This document shows, in pieces, positions 30,489 through 38,860 of a DNA stretch of 64,000 bases. A program made the translations under genes and the position numbers. The notes beneath the pieces are model-generated. The model was not told where the DNA came from. It saw nothing but the letters and a program-made list of their open reading frames with translations, and searched no databases. This DNA is from Candidatus Poribacteria bacterium (GTDB lineage Bacteria; Poribacteria; WGA-4E; PCPOR2b). Location of the stretch: NCBI GenBank assembly GCA_965116925.1, contig OZ220744.1, positions 1,792,001 to 1,856,000 of the forward strand. Reading direction: 5' to 3'. The number at the start of each line of letters is the position of its first letter. Position 1 is the first letter of the stretch.

Positions 30489-32222
30489 CTAATCCTCAAA
30501 TACCTCTACCGTCGTTCGGCCTTCCGCGAAGCGCATCGCCGTGGTTGTAGCAGATTCGCTATCCTTGTTGGTGCGGATGTCGGTGGCATAGCGGGCAAGT
30601 GCAACGAGTAGTTGATTACGAGCAGGGTGTCCAGCGCAGTTGTTCCACTCATCGAAAACGGTGCGAAGCGTGGGGAGGATTTCAGTGGCGGTATCGTTCC
30701 AGAGGATGGCTTTACCGAGCGCGTGTAGCAAGGTATCACCGGAATAGCCAGCATTCAGATATGCGAGCACCTGTCCGCCGATCGATTGGACATTGAGGGT
30801 CTCAATGGTATTGATAATTTGTCCGATGCCTTCCTCCTCGTTGACAGCATCGAACGCCCCTTTGACCGGCGGTGGGGTCAGTGCGCGTGACGGGATGTTA
30901 AGCCAACGGTCGTCGAAAATAAGCCATGCTGCATGGAAGATTCCCTTTACTGCAGCATCCTCACCGGCGATACGTTGTACCGTGCGGAGTGAGGCAGCGA
31001 GGTTGAGCTCTGTTGTCAAACACTCCCAACCGGCATCTACATTCACCGGTGTCCGTGCCATCCGGTCAGCGGCAAGGATCACTAGTGTTGAGATGAGTTG
31101 ATCAATTGAAACACCACCTTTCAGGACATCGGTGACAGCGTCGAATGACCTCTGAATATCCACACTCGTCAGTGCGCTGACTAAGGCATCTTCATCGTAA
31201 TCTGTCTCTGTGTGATCCCCGGCATCCAGTTCGCTGAGTTTCTCCCGCATGATACCGATGGCGTCTCGACGGAAGCGTTGCGGCTCACCTCGTCTACGCC
31301 CGACTAGCTTCGCCCCGAGATTAAAGACCAGCTCAAAGGCTTTCTCCCAGCCAAATTCATCGACTGCTTCGGAGAGGTAGCCAAGCGAGATGAGGTTATC
31401 CGGGAAGCCGAGAAAGTGTGGCTCAGCGGTACATTCAAGGAGGAGGGGCAGAATTTTATCCGCATCGCCAAGTGTGTAGGCAGTGAAAAGACACCGCTCA
31501 ATGCGCCCGGAGTGCCCGTCGCGTGAAAAACTACGGATCCACGGCTCGATATTCTCCCAAGCTACCGGCTCCGGCAACGGGACGACCTCAAGACGTTCCG
31601 CTGCGCCCCCGGAAGCGGCACAAGCCGCGGTTGTCATTGCAATCAGCCGGTCGGCATCTTTGTATCGTCGTCCAACCGAAAGACCGTTCATCAGTCGGGC
31701 GACATCCCAACCAGCCTCTGAGTCGTGTGAGCTAGCGATATGTCGCCCAAGATGCCGCAGGATCAACTCGACAATCTCTCCCTCTGGCACGCCTCCCTTG
31801 AGGAGTAGGGCAATCGCCTTTGACATTGTCCAACGGTCTCCACTCAGAAGTCCTTCCCACAGTAGACTGAGATGCTCTGCCTTTCGTCTGTAGGTTAAAT
31901 CGCCGAGTTGGACCCAGATCTCACCGTCTCGTACCTCCGCCGGAAAGGTTTGTAGGTCATCGCACTCGACGTTAAAGCATCCGCCGCCTTCAAGGTCAAA
32001 ACTCCGTTCATGCCAATCGCAGGTGAGAATACCGTGTCGAATGCGCCCACGTGTCAACGGATAGCCCATGTGGGGGCATTGGTTATCGGTTGCGTAGATT
32101 TTGTCGTCAACATTGAATAGTGCGATGCTCCGTCCTTCGCCCAACCGCACCGCTTTTGCTTCTCCAGCGGGGACTTCGCTCAAATCCGCCAATTTCGTCC
32201 ATTCTGCTTCTTGGGTTGCCAT
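30489..32222 (-). CDS. Rieske [2Fe-2S] protein, full-length paralog of the neighbouring gene
   Basis: Shares YATDNQCPHMGYPLTRGR, ADRMARTP and GHPARNQLLV with 28683-30419. Confidence 0.88.
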   Translation of the reverse strand: MATQEAEWTKLADLSEVPAGEAKAVRLGEGRSIALFNVDDKIYATDNQCPHMGYPLTRGRIRHGILTCDWHERSFDLEGGGCFNVECDDLQTFPAEVRDGEIWVQLGDLTYRRKAEHLSLLWEGLLSGDRWTMSKAIALLLKGGVPEGEIVELILRHLGRHIASSHDSEAGWDVARLMNGLSVGRRYKDADRLIAMTTAACAASGGAAERLEVVPLPEPVAWENIEPWIRSFSRDGHSGRIERCLFTAYTLGDADKILPLLLECTAEPHFLGFPDNLISLGYLSEAVDEFGWEKAFELVFNLGAKLVGRRRGEPQRFRRDAIGIMREKLSELDAGDHTETDYDEDALVSALTSVDIQRSFDAVTDVLKGGVSIDQLISTLVILAADRMARTPVNVDAGWECLTTELNLAASLRTVQRIAGEDAAVKGIFHAAWLIFDDRWLNIPSRALTPPPVKGAFDAVNEEEGIGQIINTIETLNVQSIGGQVLAYLNAGYSGDTLLHALGKAILWNDTATEILPTLRTVFDEWNNCAGHPARNQLLVALARYATDIRTNKDSESATTTAMRFAEGRTTVEVFED

Positions 32223-32239
32223 GCGTTATATTTCCTTTC

Positions 32240-32347
32240 TATAGTAGATTTTAGAATTAATGAGACACTCTAAATCGGCGCAGTTACAAACAGCGCCTAC
32301 CAAACATGGGGAGCGAAAGTGCCCGTTTATTTTTTGAATTCACTATA
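32240..32347. mobile_element. TATAG-ended MITE-like element with an internal REP
   Basis: 108 bp with the same ends as 20194-20414. Cargo is cggcgcagttacaaacagcgcctacc. Confidence 0.8.
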
Positions 32348-32471
32348 AATTAAGTCGTCCCCCAAATGACGTTATGAACGTTATTTTATCATAACATATG
32401 TTAAGTATCAAGGGCAAATTTCAAAAAAAATCACTTGTCCTTATTTTTTAAGCGTTTAGCGAGCGTAATTC

Positions 32472-32548
32472 GTAGGGAACGCAGATTTGCGTTCCTTACA
32501 CAGGAATTGGTTCTAGCGACCCATCGGGCGAGGGGACCTCGCCCCTAC
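32472..32548. repeat. Two oppositely oriented GTAG REP-like hairpins
   Basis: gtagggaacgcagatttgcgttccttac and gggcgaggggacctcgcccctac. Confidence 0.75.
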
Positions 32549-32641
32549 GATTTGCCATGATAACTTTGTCTGATGTGAAAAATGGGGAGACGTCAAATGT
32601 TAATCCACAATAAGTTGGGGCATACGAATCTTAGAAACCGA

Positions 32642-32679
32642 TTGACAATACGGTATAAATTCGCTATCATAATTGTCAA
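32642..32679 (+). promoter_or_regulatory. Sigma70 promoter of sat with an overlapping inverted repeat
   Basis: TTGACA-N17-TATCAT, framed by TTGACAAT...ATTGTCAA. Confidence 0.6.
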
Positions 32680-32755
32680 GAGGACAAACCCAAAATCTCT
32701 TGCAACAAATAAGATAACAACTGAGGTATTCTATTGCCTACTAAAGGAGCACTGA

Positions 32756-33946
32756 ATGATTAAACCACACGGTTCTGATACTTTGAATCCCCTTTACGTC
32801 TCCGACGATGCCGAGCGCGCGGCGTTGATTAGAGAAGCTGAAAACTTACCCGCTATCCTAATTTCTTCGGGGGCTGCTGCATCTGCGGTGATGCTCGGTT
32901 CTGGCTATTTTAATCCGCTCACCGGCTATATGAATCTCGCTGAAGCCACGAGTGTCGCTCAAAACATGACGCTGCCGAACGGTCAATTTTGGCCCGTTCC
33001 GGTGATGAATATTGTCAAATCGGAACAGGTTACCGATACGATTAAAAACGCTGAACGAATCGCCCTGCTCGATCCAAATGTAGACGGTCAGCCGCCCATC
33101 GCTGTCATGGAGGTTTCAGGGATTGAAGAGATCTCTGACGACCAGCGAACGTACCTGATTGAGCAGATCTTTCGGACGACGGATCCGACCCACCCCGGTG
33201 TGGAAGCCTTTACTGAGATGGGAGATCAGGTAATTTCTGGCCCCATCCAGGTCCTCAACTATTCCTATTTCAGATCTGATTTTCCTGACACCTTCCGCAC
33301 CGCCTCTGAAATCCGAGCGGATATTGAGGAGCGGGGGTGGAATACGGTTGTTGCGTTTCAGACACGGAACCCGATGCATCGCGCACATGAGGAGCTATGC
33401 AAAATTGCACAAAATGAGGTTGGTGCTGATGGAATTCTGATTCATATGCTGCTTGGCAAGCTGAAGCCGGGAGATATCCCTGCCGATGTCCGCGACGCCT
33501 CCATCCGCAAAATGGTCGAGTTGTATTTCCCTGAAAACACTGTCTCGATTACCGGTTACGGCTTTGATATGCTCTACGCCGGTCCCCGCGAGGCTGTGTT
33601 GCACGCGGTGTTCCGTCAGAATTGTGGATCCACACATCTAATTGTTGGGCGCGATCACGCGGGGGTTGGGGATTACTATGGGCCCTTTGACGCACAGACA
33701 ATTTTTGATGAGATCCCTGAAGGTGCACTCGAAATCGAAATTTTTCGGGGCGATCATACCGTTTGGTGTAACCAGTGTGGTGAGATTGTGATGATGCGTG
33801 ACTGTCCGCACGGACCGGAAGACTACCTATTCCTGTCAGGAACCAAGGTCAGGGATATGTTGGCAGCAGGTGAAATGCTGCCGCCGGAGTTTTCGCGTCC
33901 TGAAGTCGCCGAAATCTTGATGAAGTTTTATCAAGAGGAGGGGTAG
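32756..33946 (+). CDS. sat: Sulfate adenylyltransferase
   Basis: VAFQTRNPMHRAHE, GRDHAG and SGTKVR motifs. Confidence 0.97.
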   Translation: MIKPHGSDTLNPLYVSDDAERAALIREAENLPAILISSGAAASAVMLGSGYFNPLTGYMNLAEATSVAQNMTLPNGQFWPVPVMNIVKSEQVTDTIKNAERIALLDPNVDGQPPIAVMEVSGIEEISDDQRTYLIEQIFRTTDPTHPGVEAFTEMGDQVISGPIQVLNYSYFRSDFPDTFRTASEIRADIEERGWNTVVAFQTRNPMHRAHEELCKIAQNEVGADGILIHMLLGKLKPGDIPADVRDASIRKMVELYFPENTVSITGYGFDMLYAGPREAVLHAVFRQNCGSTHLIVGRDHAGVGDYYGPFDAQTIFDEIPEGALEIEIFRGDHTVWCNQCGEIVMMRDCPHGPEDYLFLSGTKVRDMLAAGEMLPPEFSRPEVAEILMKFYQEEG

Positions 33947-33989
33947 ACCTGCAATCCCCTTAAACAAGCAGCTGTCCTGGAGGTCTTCG

Positions 33990-34781
33990 TTACCATTTCA
34001 TATTCAGCGCGAATCGCGGTTGATTGCTGACATTCTTACTTCCTGAGTGGATACACAGATTATGTAGGAATAGCACATCGCCACGCCGAAGGGTCATGCC
34101 AACTGGGTCACCGAGATCGAGATCGGGGAGATCGGCATTCAGCGTGTTGCGGTATTCATAACGGACTGGATTCTTTCGCACTACGCGCTCCAGTTCGTGA
34201 TGCGATCCGGGCCAGACGAATGTGCCGCCGCCGTGCGGATCGATGTCGTTCAGATAAATCAGCGCACCGATTCGGAAGACGGGTGGGAAGGTTTTGTGAT
34301 AGTGTTCCTCAAGGGAGTGGTCTAGGTGCCCTCCCGATGTGATTGTTGGGGATTCCCATTCATCTGAGGTTGGATAGATATTGATGGTGTAAGCACAATC
34401 CCACCTGAAAAATTTGGAGATATCTTCTTTTGCTTCTTGTGCTGCTAGGAAGTCAGGGGCACAATAGGTCTTCGGATGTCGATGTAACTTGCTAAACGTG
34501 GACGGGTCTTCGCCGGTCAACTGCGCTGCTGCGGCGAGGCATTGCGGGGTGAAGCAGTCCACGAGATCCGCGCCGTTGTATAGACAGATCCCTCCTTGGA
34601 TATCGTCCCAAGAGGAGGGCGGATTATCAGGATCGATTCCCGCACAACGCCACATTGCAGCTTCCGCCTTTGCAGCGATGTCTTCAGGGATCAATCCAGA
34701 GACGAGCAGGTAGCCGTCGCGGTGATATTGCTCAATTTGGGCTTCTGAGATAGGAGAATTGTTTTTACTTGGATTGGTCAT
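33990..34781 (-). CDS. Phytanoyl-CoA dioxygenase family protein
   Basis: YHRDGYL, HLD, GGTFVWPGSH and GDVLFLH...HSG...N...PR motifs. Confidence 0.88.
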   Translation of the reverse strand: MTNPSKNNSPISEAQIEQYHRDGYLLVSGLIPEDIAAKAEAAMWRCAGIDPDNPPSSWDDIQGGICLYNGADLVDCFTPQCLAAAAQLTGEDPSTFSKLHRHPKTYCAPDFLAAQEAKEDISKFFRWDCAYTINIYPTSDEWESPTITSGGHLDHSLEEHYHKTFPPVFRIGALIYLNDIDPHGGGTFVWPGSHHELERVVRKNPVRYEYRNTLNADLPDLDLGDPVGMTLRRGDVLFLHNLCIHSGSKNVSNQPRFALNMKW

Positions 34782-34885
34782 GTCGATTCCTCCGTGGAGC
34801 CTTCAGTCATTTCGGTCAACTGTTATCAAGCAAGATAACACATTCTCGGAAGTTAGGCAATACAAAAAATGAGATTGCATAATTG

Positions 34886-35635
34886 ATGAAGCCATATCTT
34901 TTTATTTTTCTGAGTTTTGCTTTTCTGTTGATCGGGTGCTCAGGCGAGGAGTTGGTTATCTTTGGCGCGATGAGCCTGACAGACGCGCTTACAGAGGTCA
35001 GCCAGCGTTTCGGCACAGCCCAGAATGTCAAGGTGTATTGTAACTTTGCGGGTTCTTCAACTTTACAACGCCAAATTGAGAAAGGTGCACCGGCGGATGT
35101 GTTCATCTCTGCTAGTCCCAAGCAGATCGATGCGTTACAGCAGAAGGGGTTTCTTTATGAAGGGTCGCGTCGAGCAATCTTGAATAACCGGTTGGTATTG
35201 ATCGCACCTGTCGACAGTTGGCTTTCCATGACTGATGTGGGTATGCTCCCCCAAGACTCGATTCGACGGATTGCTATTGGCGAACCGAATTCGGTCCCTG
35301 CCGGCATTTATGGGAGAGAGGCTTTGACGCACTTGGGAGTCTGGGACGCTGTACAGCCCAAATTGATCCCGAGCACCGATGTTCGATCCACTCTGGCGTA
35401 TGTGGAATCTGGCGAGGTGGATGTCGGGGTTGTCTATCAAACGGACGCGAGGTTCAGTAAGAAGGTCAGGATTATCTATCAGTTTCCTGATTCAAGTCAT
35501 TCTCCAATCGTGTACCCTGCAGCAGTGCTCCGAGATACCGGGAGTAAAATTCTCGCTCAAGCGTTTCTGGATTACCTACAAACCACCAAAGTTGCAACAA
35601 TCTTTGAAAAATATGGTTTCTCTGTGGTGAAATAA
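34886..35635 (+). CDS. modA: Molybdate ABC transporter binding protein
   Basis: AMSL, FAGSSTLQRQIEKGAPADVFISA and VPAGIYG motifs. Confidence 0.95.
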   Translation: MKPYLFIFLSFAFLLIGCSGEELVIFGAMSLTDALTEVSQRFGTAQNVKVYCNFAGSSTLQRQIEKGAPADVFISASPKQIDALQQKGFLYEGSRRAILNNRLVLIAPVDSWLSMTDVGMLPQDSIRRIAIGEPNSVPAGIYGREALTHLGVWDAVQPKLIPSTDVRSTLAYVESGEVDVGVVYQTDARFSKKVRIIYQFPDSSHSPIVYPAAVLRDTGSKILAQAFLDYLQTTKVATIFEKYGFSVVK

Positions 35636-36300
35636 TGTTAACAGGAGCGGAAGTCAGTGCGTTGGTTTTATCTATCAAAGTCGCCTCGTTGAGTCTGCTT
35701 TTTATCCTGCCTCCGGGACTCCTCATCGGCTGGCTACTCGCCAAGTTCTCATTCCCCGGCAAATCGCTTCTCAATACTATTGTCATGCTGCCGATGGTAT
35801 TGCCACCGGTCGTCAGCGGATTTTTTCTTCTGATTCTCCTTAGCAAGCGAGGACCAATCGGGGGACTGCTCTACCGTCTTTTCGGGCTTGAGATTGTCTT
35901 TTCGTGGATGGCGGTGGTGTTGGCGATCTCTGTGCTTTCGTTTCCGCTGTTGGTGCGCGGCATCGTTACGGCGATGGAGGGTGTGGACCCACGGTTAGAA
36001 AATGCTGCAAGGACGCTGGGCGCATCGCCGTTGAAGGTGTTTTTTACTGTCACGCTGCCTCTATCTTATCGTGGAATTATCGGGGGAGCAATCATGGGAT
36101 TTTCTCGGAGTCTCGGCGAATTTGGTGCGACCATGATGGTGGCGGGAAACATTCCGGGAAAAACGCAGACATTGCCGTTGGCAATCTATAACTTTGTGCA
36201 GATCGGTCAAGATATGAGTGCGTACCGTTTGGTGTTTCTATCTACATTGATTGCTTTCGCTACGCTCTGGATAGCGGAGCGTCTTTATATCAAGAGATGA
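35635..36300 (+). CDS. modB: Molybdate ABC transporter permease
   Basis: LPMVLPPVVSG and RSLGEFGAT...AGNIPG motifs. Confidence 0.95.
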   Translation: MLTGAEVSALVLSIKVASLSLLFILPPGLLIGWLLAKFSFPGKSLLNTIVMLPMVLPPVVSGFFLLILLSKRGPIGGLLYRLFGLEIVFSWMAVVLAISVLSFPLLVRGIVTAMEGVDPRLENAARTLGASPLKVFFTVTLPLSYRGIIGGAIMGFSRSLGEFGATMMVAGNIPGKTQTLPLAIYNFVQIGQDMSAYRLVFLSTLIAFATLWIAERLYIKR

Positions 36301-36309
36301 AGCAAAGAA

Positions 36310-36374
36310 GGGCAGGCACAAGGGTTGCCCCTACAAAAATCGATCCAATGTAGGGGCAACCCTTGTGCCTGCCC
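36310..36374. repeat. Inverted REP doublet (REPIN/BIME-like) inside the mod operon
   Basis: Perfect 26-bp arms (gggcaggcacaagggttgcccctaca) with a 13-bp spacer. Confidence 0.85.
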
Positions 36375-36406
36375 AAAACGCAAACTGTTATTAGGGATTA
36401 GGTCCC

Positions 36407-37486
36407 ATGCTAAAACTCAATTTTCGCAAGCAACTTGGCGATTTTCAACTTGAGATGGATCACACCATCACGGAGAAGGTAACGGCGTTTCTGGGCCCGT
36501 CGGGCAGCGGCAAAAGTACGCTGCTCAACTGTGTTAGTGGAATCCTGAACCCCGATGAGGGGGAGCTCCTGTTTTCCGGTCAAACGTTGTATTCTTCCCA
36601 TCAGAAAAAATGTCTGCCGCCGGAAAAACGTCATTTTGGATATGTCTTTCAGGAAGGGTATCTTTTTCCGCACCTGACGGTTAGCCAGAATATTTCGTAT
36701 GGTCGTCCCCGCCGCCCTAATGGTAATCACCAAATTGACTTCAATACAATAATCGACATCCTTGAAATCGGGGAATTATTGGATCGGTATCCGAGCCAGC
36801 TTTCCGGCGGTCAACGGCAGCGGGTCGCCATTGCGCGTGCTTTGGGGATGTCGCCGCGCTTGCTATTAATGGACGAGCCGCTTACCTCTCTAGATGCCGG
36901 CTTGAAAAACCGCATTCTGCCCTACCTTTATCACATCAAGGGGGCGTTTGATATTCCCCTCCTTTATGTCACCCATTCTATCTCAGAGGTGATGGCACTT
37001 GCAGATGAAGCGTTTTTGCTCTCCGATGGTCGGATCGCGGCGCGTGGAGAACCCCACCAACTGCTCGCTTCCCCTTCGGCGTTGCCCGTCGCCCAGATGA
37101 CGGGTGTGGAGAATATCCTCGCTTTGCCGGTGGTCGTTGCGTCGGAGGAGCGCGGCGTAACAGAATTGGCGTTGGGGGAACAGCGATTGATGGTTTCGTA
37201 TACGGAGACGGTGCCCGGTGCAACGATGCCGATCGCTATCCGGGCGCGGGATATCATTGTTGCGATGGACCCAGATCTACGGCTGAGTGCGCGGAATATT
37301 TTACGTGGGACGATCCGGGGGGTCGCTGTTCAAGCGGGGCGTGTGATGCTGTCGGTCGATATTGAGGGGCATCTGTTGTCGGTGGAGGTTACGAGTGATG
37401 CGCGTGAGCAGCTTGGGCTTGTGGAGGGGACGGTGTGTTACTTTATAATAAAGGCGAGTGCGGTTAATTTGTTATGGGAGGGTTGA
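36407..37486 (+). CDS. modC: Molybdate ABC transporter ATPase
   Basis: GPSGSGKST and LSGGQ motifs, with a C-terminal TOBE region. Confidence 0.95.
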   Translation: MLKLNFRKQLGDFQLEMDHTITEKVTAFLGPSGSGKSTLLNCVSGILNPDEGELLFSGQTLYSSHQKKCLPPEKRHFGYVFQEGYLFPHLTVSQNISYGRPRRPNGNHQIDFNTIIDILEIGELLDRYPSQLSGGQRQRVAIARALGMSPRLLLMDEPLTSLDAGLKNRILPYLYHIKGAFDIPLLYVTHSISEVMALADEAFLLSDGRIAARGEPHQLLASPSALPVAQMTGVENILALPVVVASEERGVTELALGEQRLMVSYTETVPGATMPIAIRARDIIVAMDPDLRLSARNILRGTIRGVAVQAGRVMLSVDIEGHLLSVEVTSDAREQLGLVEGTVCYFIIKASAVNLLWEG

Positions 37487-37508
37487 GGGGACCTATGACT
37501 TTGCTGTG

Positions 37509-37537
37509 TTGACATTCTGAAGTTACTGTGTCAGAAT
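37509..37537 (+). promoter_or_regulatory. Sigma70-type promoter
   Basis: TTGACA-N17-CAGAAT upstream of the gene at 37580. Confidence 0.5.
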
Positions 37538-37579
37538 GTCTTCTATCCAATCAAAAGATTTTACTATAAGGAGATTTTC

Positions 37580-38656
37580 ATGGCACTGATACCCTGTCCG
37601 GAATGTAGACGACGAACGATTGAGACTGCCGAGAGTTGTCCAAACTGCGGCTATACACTAACACTAGAGGAAGTTACTAAGATTAAGGAGATTAGGAAAA
37701 AACGTTCAAAGTGGATAATAGGTTTTCTGGCTTTTCTAGCTTCCTTTGTTGTAATCGCTATCCTTGTCGACTTATATTCACGGAAATCAACAATAACGGA
37801 AACATGGCAAGAGCCAGTTAAAAGTTCAATGGCCCCCTCTACGTACGGCTCTCAACCTGCCCCCCCCAAGACTATCGAAACTCAACCACCATCAGTGCCG
37901 ATGATGTCCGTGCCCAAGCCCTCTGAACATCCAGAAACCGCCGGAACTCAACAAAAGCAAATGGCAGAGAACGAAGCGTGGTTAGGCACATGGTCTCTTG
38001 AGCTCATCGGTGGCCAGTCTACGGAAGATAATTTGGCAGGAGATCTGCAATCTGATATTTTTCTATCAGGGGACCATACATTTTATGCGGATGGACGATT
38101 TGAGTCAAAACTACGCCAAGATACAGGCAAGGGAATTCCTACAACTACTGCCTACGGGACTTACGAGGTATTTGGTAACAGGTACAATACTGTGCTAATG
38201 GGGGTAACCACGTCCATCGGGTCAACAAGCATTCCTGTACCTGATATAACGAGCTATCAGTCTGGGACGTGGTCAAGAACAGGAGATATGCTAACCATGA
38301 TTCCTGTAGATTCTTCCACTAAGGTATTCAAATTATTAGAAGTGCTGCAAACAACACCGCCTGCTGAAGCCTCAACGGAATACGACGAAATACCACGCCT
38401 CCTCAAACAGGTCTTCATACAGTATCCTGAGGCTGCGCGTCGCGCTGGGAGGGAAGGTCTTGTTAAACTTGAGTTTACTGCTGGTGTGGACGGAAGAGCA
38501 ACGGACACTAAGGTGGTAAAGGAAGAACCGAAAGGGTTCGGCTTCGGTGAAGCGTCGATGGAAGCCGTGAAAAAAATGCGTTTTAGGCCAGCTAGGAAAG
38601 ATGGAGAAAATGTCCCCATGCGGGTGCAACTTCCAATTCGATTTACCCCTGAATAA
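37580..38656 (+). CDS. Zinc-ribbon, TM, lipocalin-like and TonB C-terminal domain protein
   Basis: CPEC...CPNCG, a TM helix, a Pro-rich linker, WLGTWSLE, and YPEAARRAGREGLV...FRPARKDG. Confidence 0.85.
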   Translation: MALIPCPECRRRTIETAESCPNCGYTLTLEEVTKIKEIRKKRSKWIIGFLAFLASFVVIAILVDLYSRKSTITETWQEPVKSSMAPSTYGSQPAPPKTIETQPPSVPMMSVPKPSEHPETAGTQQKQMAENEAWLGTWSLELIGGQSTEDNLAGDLQSDIFLSGDHTFYADGRFESKLRQDTGKGIPTTTAYGTYEVFGNRYNTVLMGVTTSIGSTSIPVPDITSYQSGTWSRTGDMLTMIPVDSSTKVFKLLEVLQTTPPAEASTEYDEIPRLLKQVFIQYPEAARRAGREGLVKLEFTAGVDGRATDTKVVKEEPKGFGFGEASMEAVKKMRFRPARKDGENVPMRVQLPIRFTPE

Positions 38657-38665
38657 TAGTTCGGT

Positions 38666-38804
38666 ACTTACGCAAATTTAGCACATGGGGGGTAGATTTT
38701 TGATTTTTAACCCCCTAAATCCCGCTCCCGATTTTATCCCCGATACATCGGGACAGGCGGGATGTACCACTTATCAGGGGGACTTATGAATGTGCTGCGT
38801 AAGT
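38666..38804. mobile_element. MITE-like element with ACTTACGCA ends and nested palindromes
   Basis: Terminal inverted repeat acttacgca/tgcgtaagt. An internal aaccccctaaatccc...cttatcagggggactt is split by a further hairpin. Confidence 0.65.
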
Positions 38805-38860
38805 CCTAAGTTTATTTTTTTCTCCACCTACCGTATTAACCCGAATGTTAGTATTTTTAC

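Noticed and set aside
34782..34885. Moco riboswitch or ModE box before modA
   Set aside because: No recognisable consensus.
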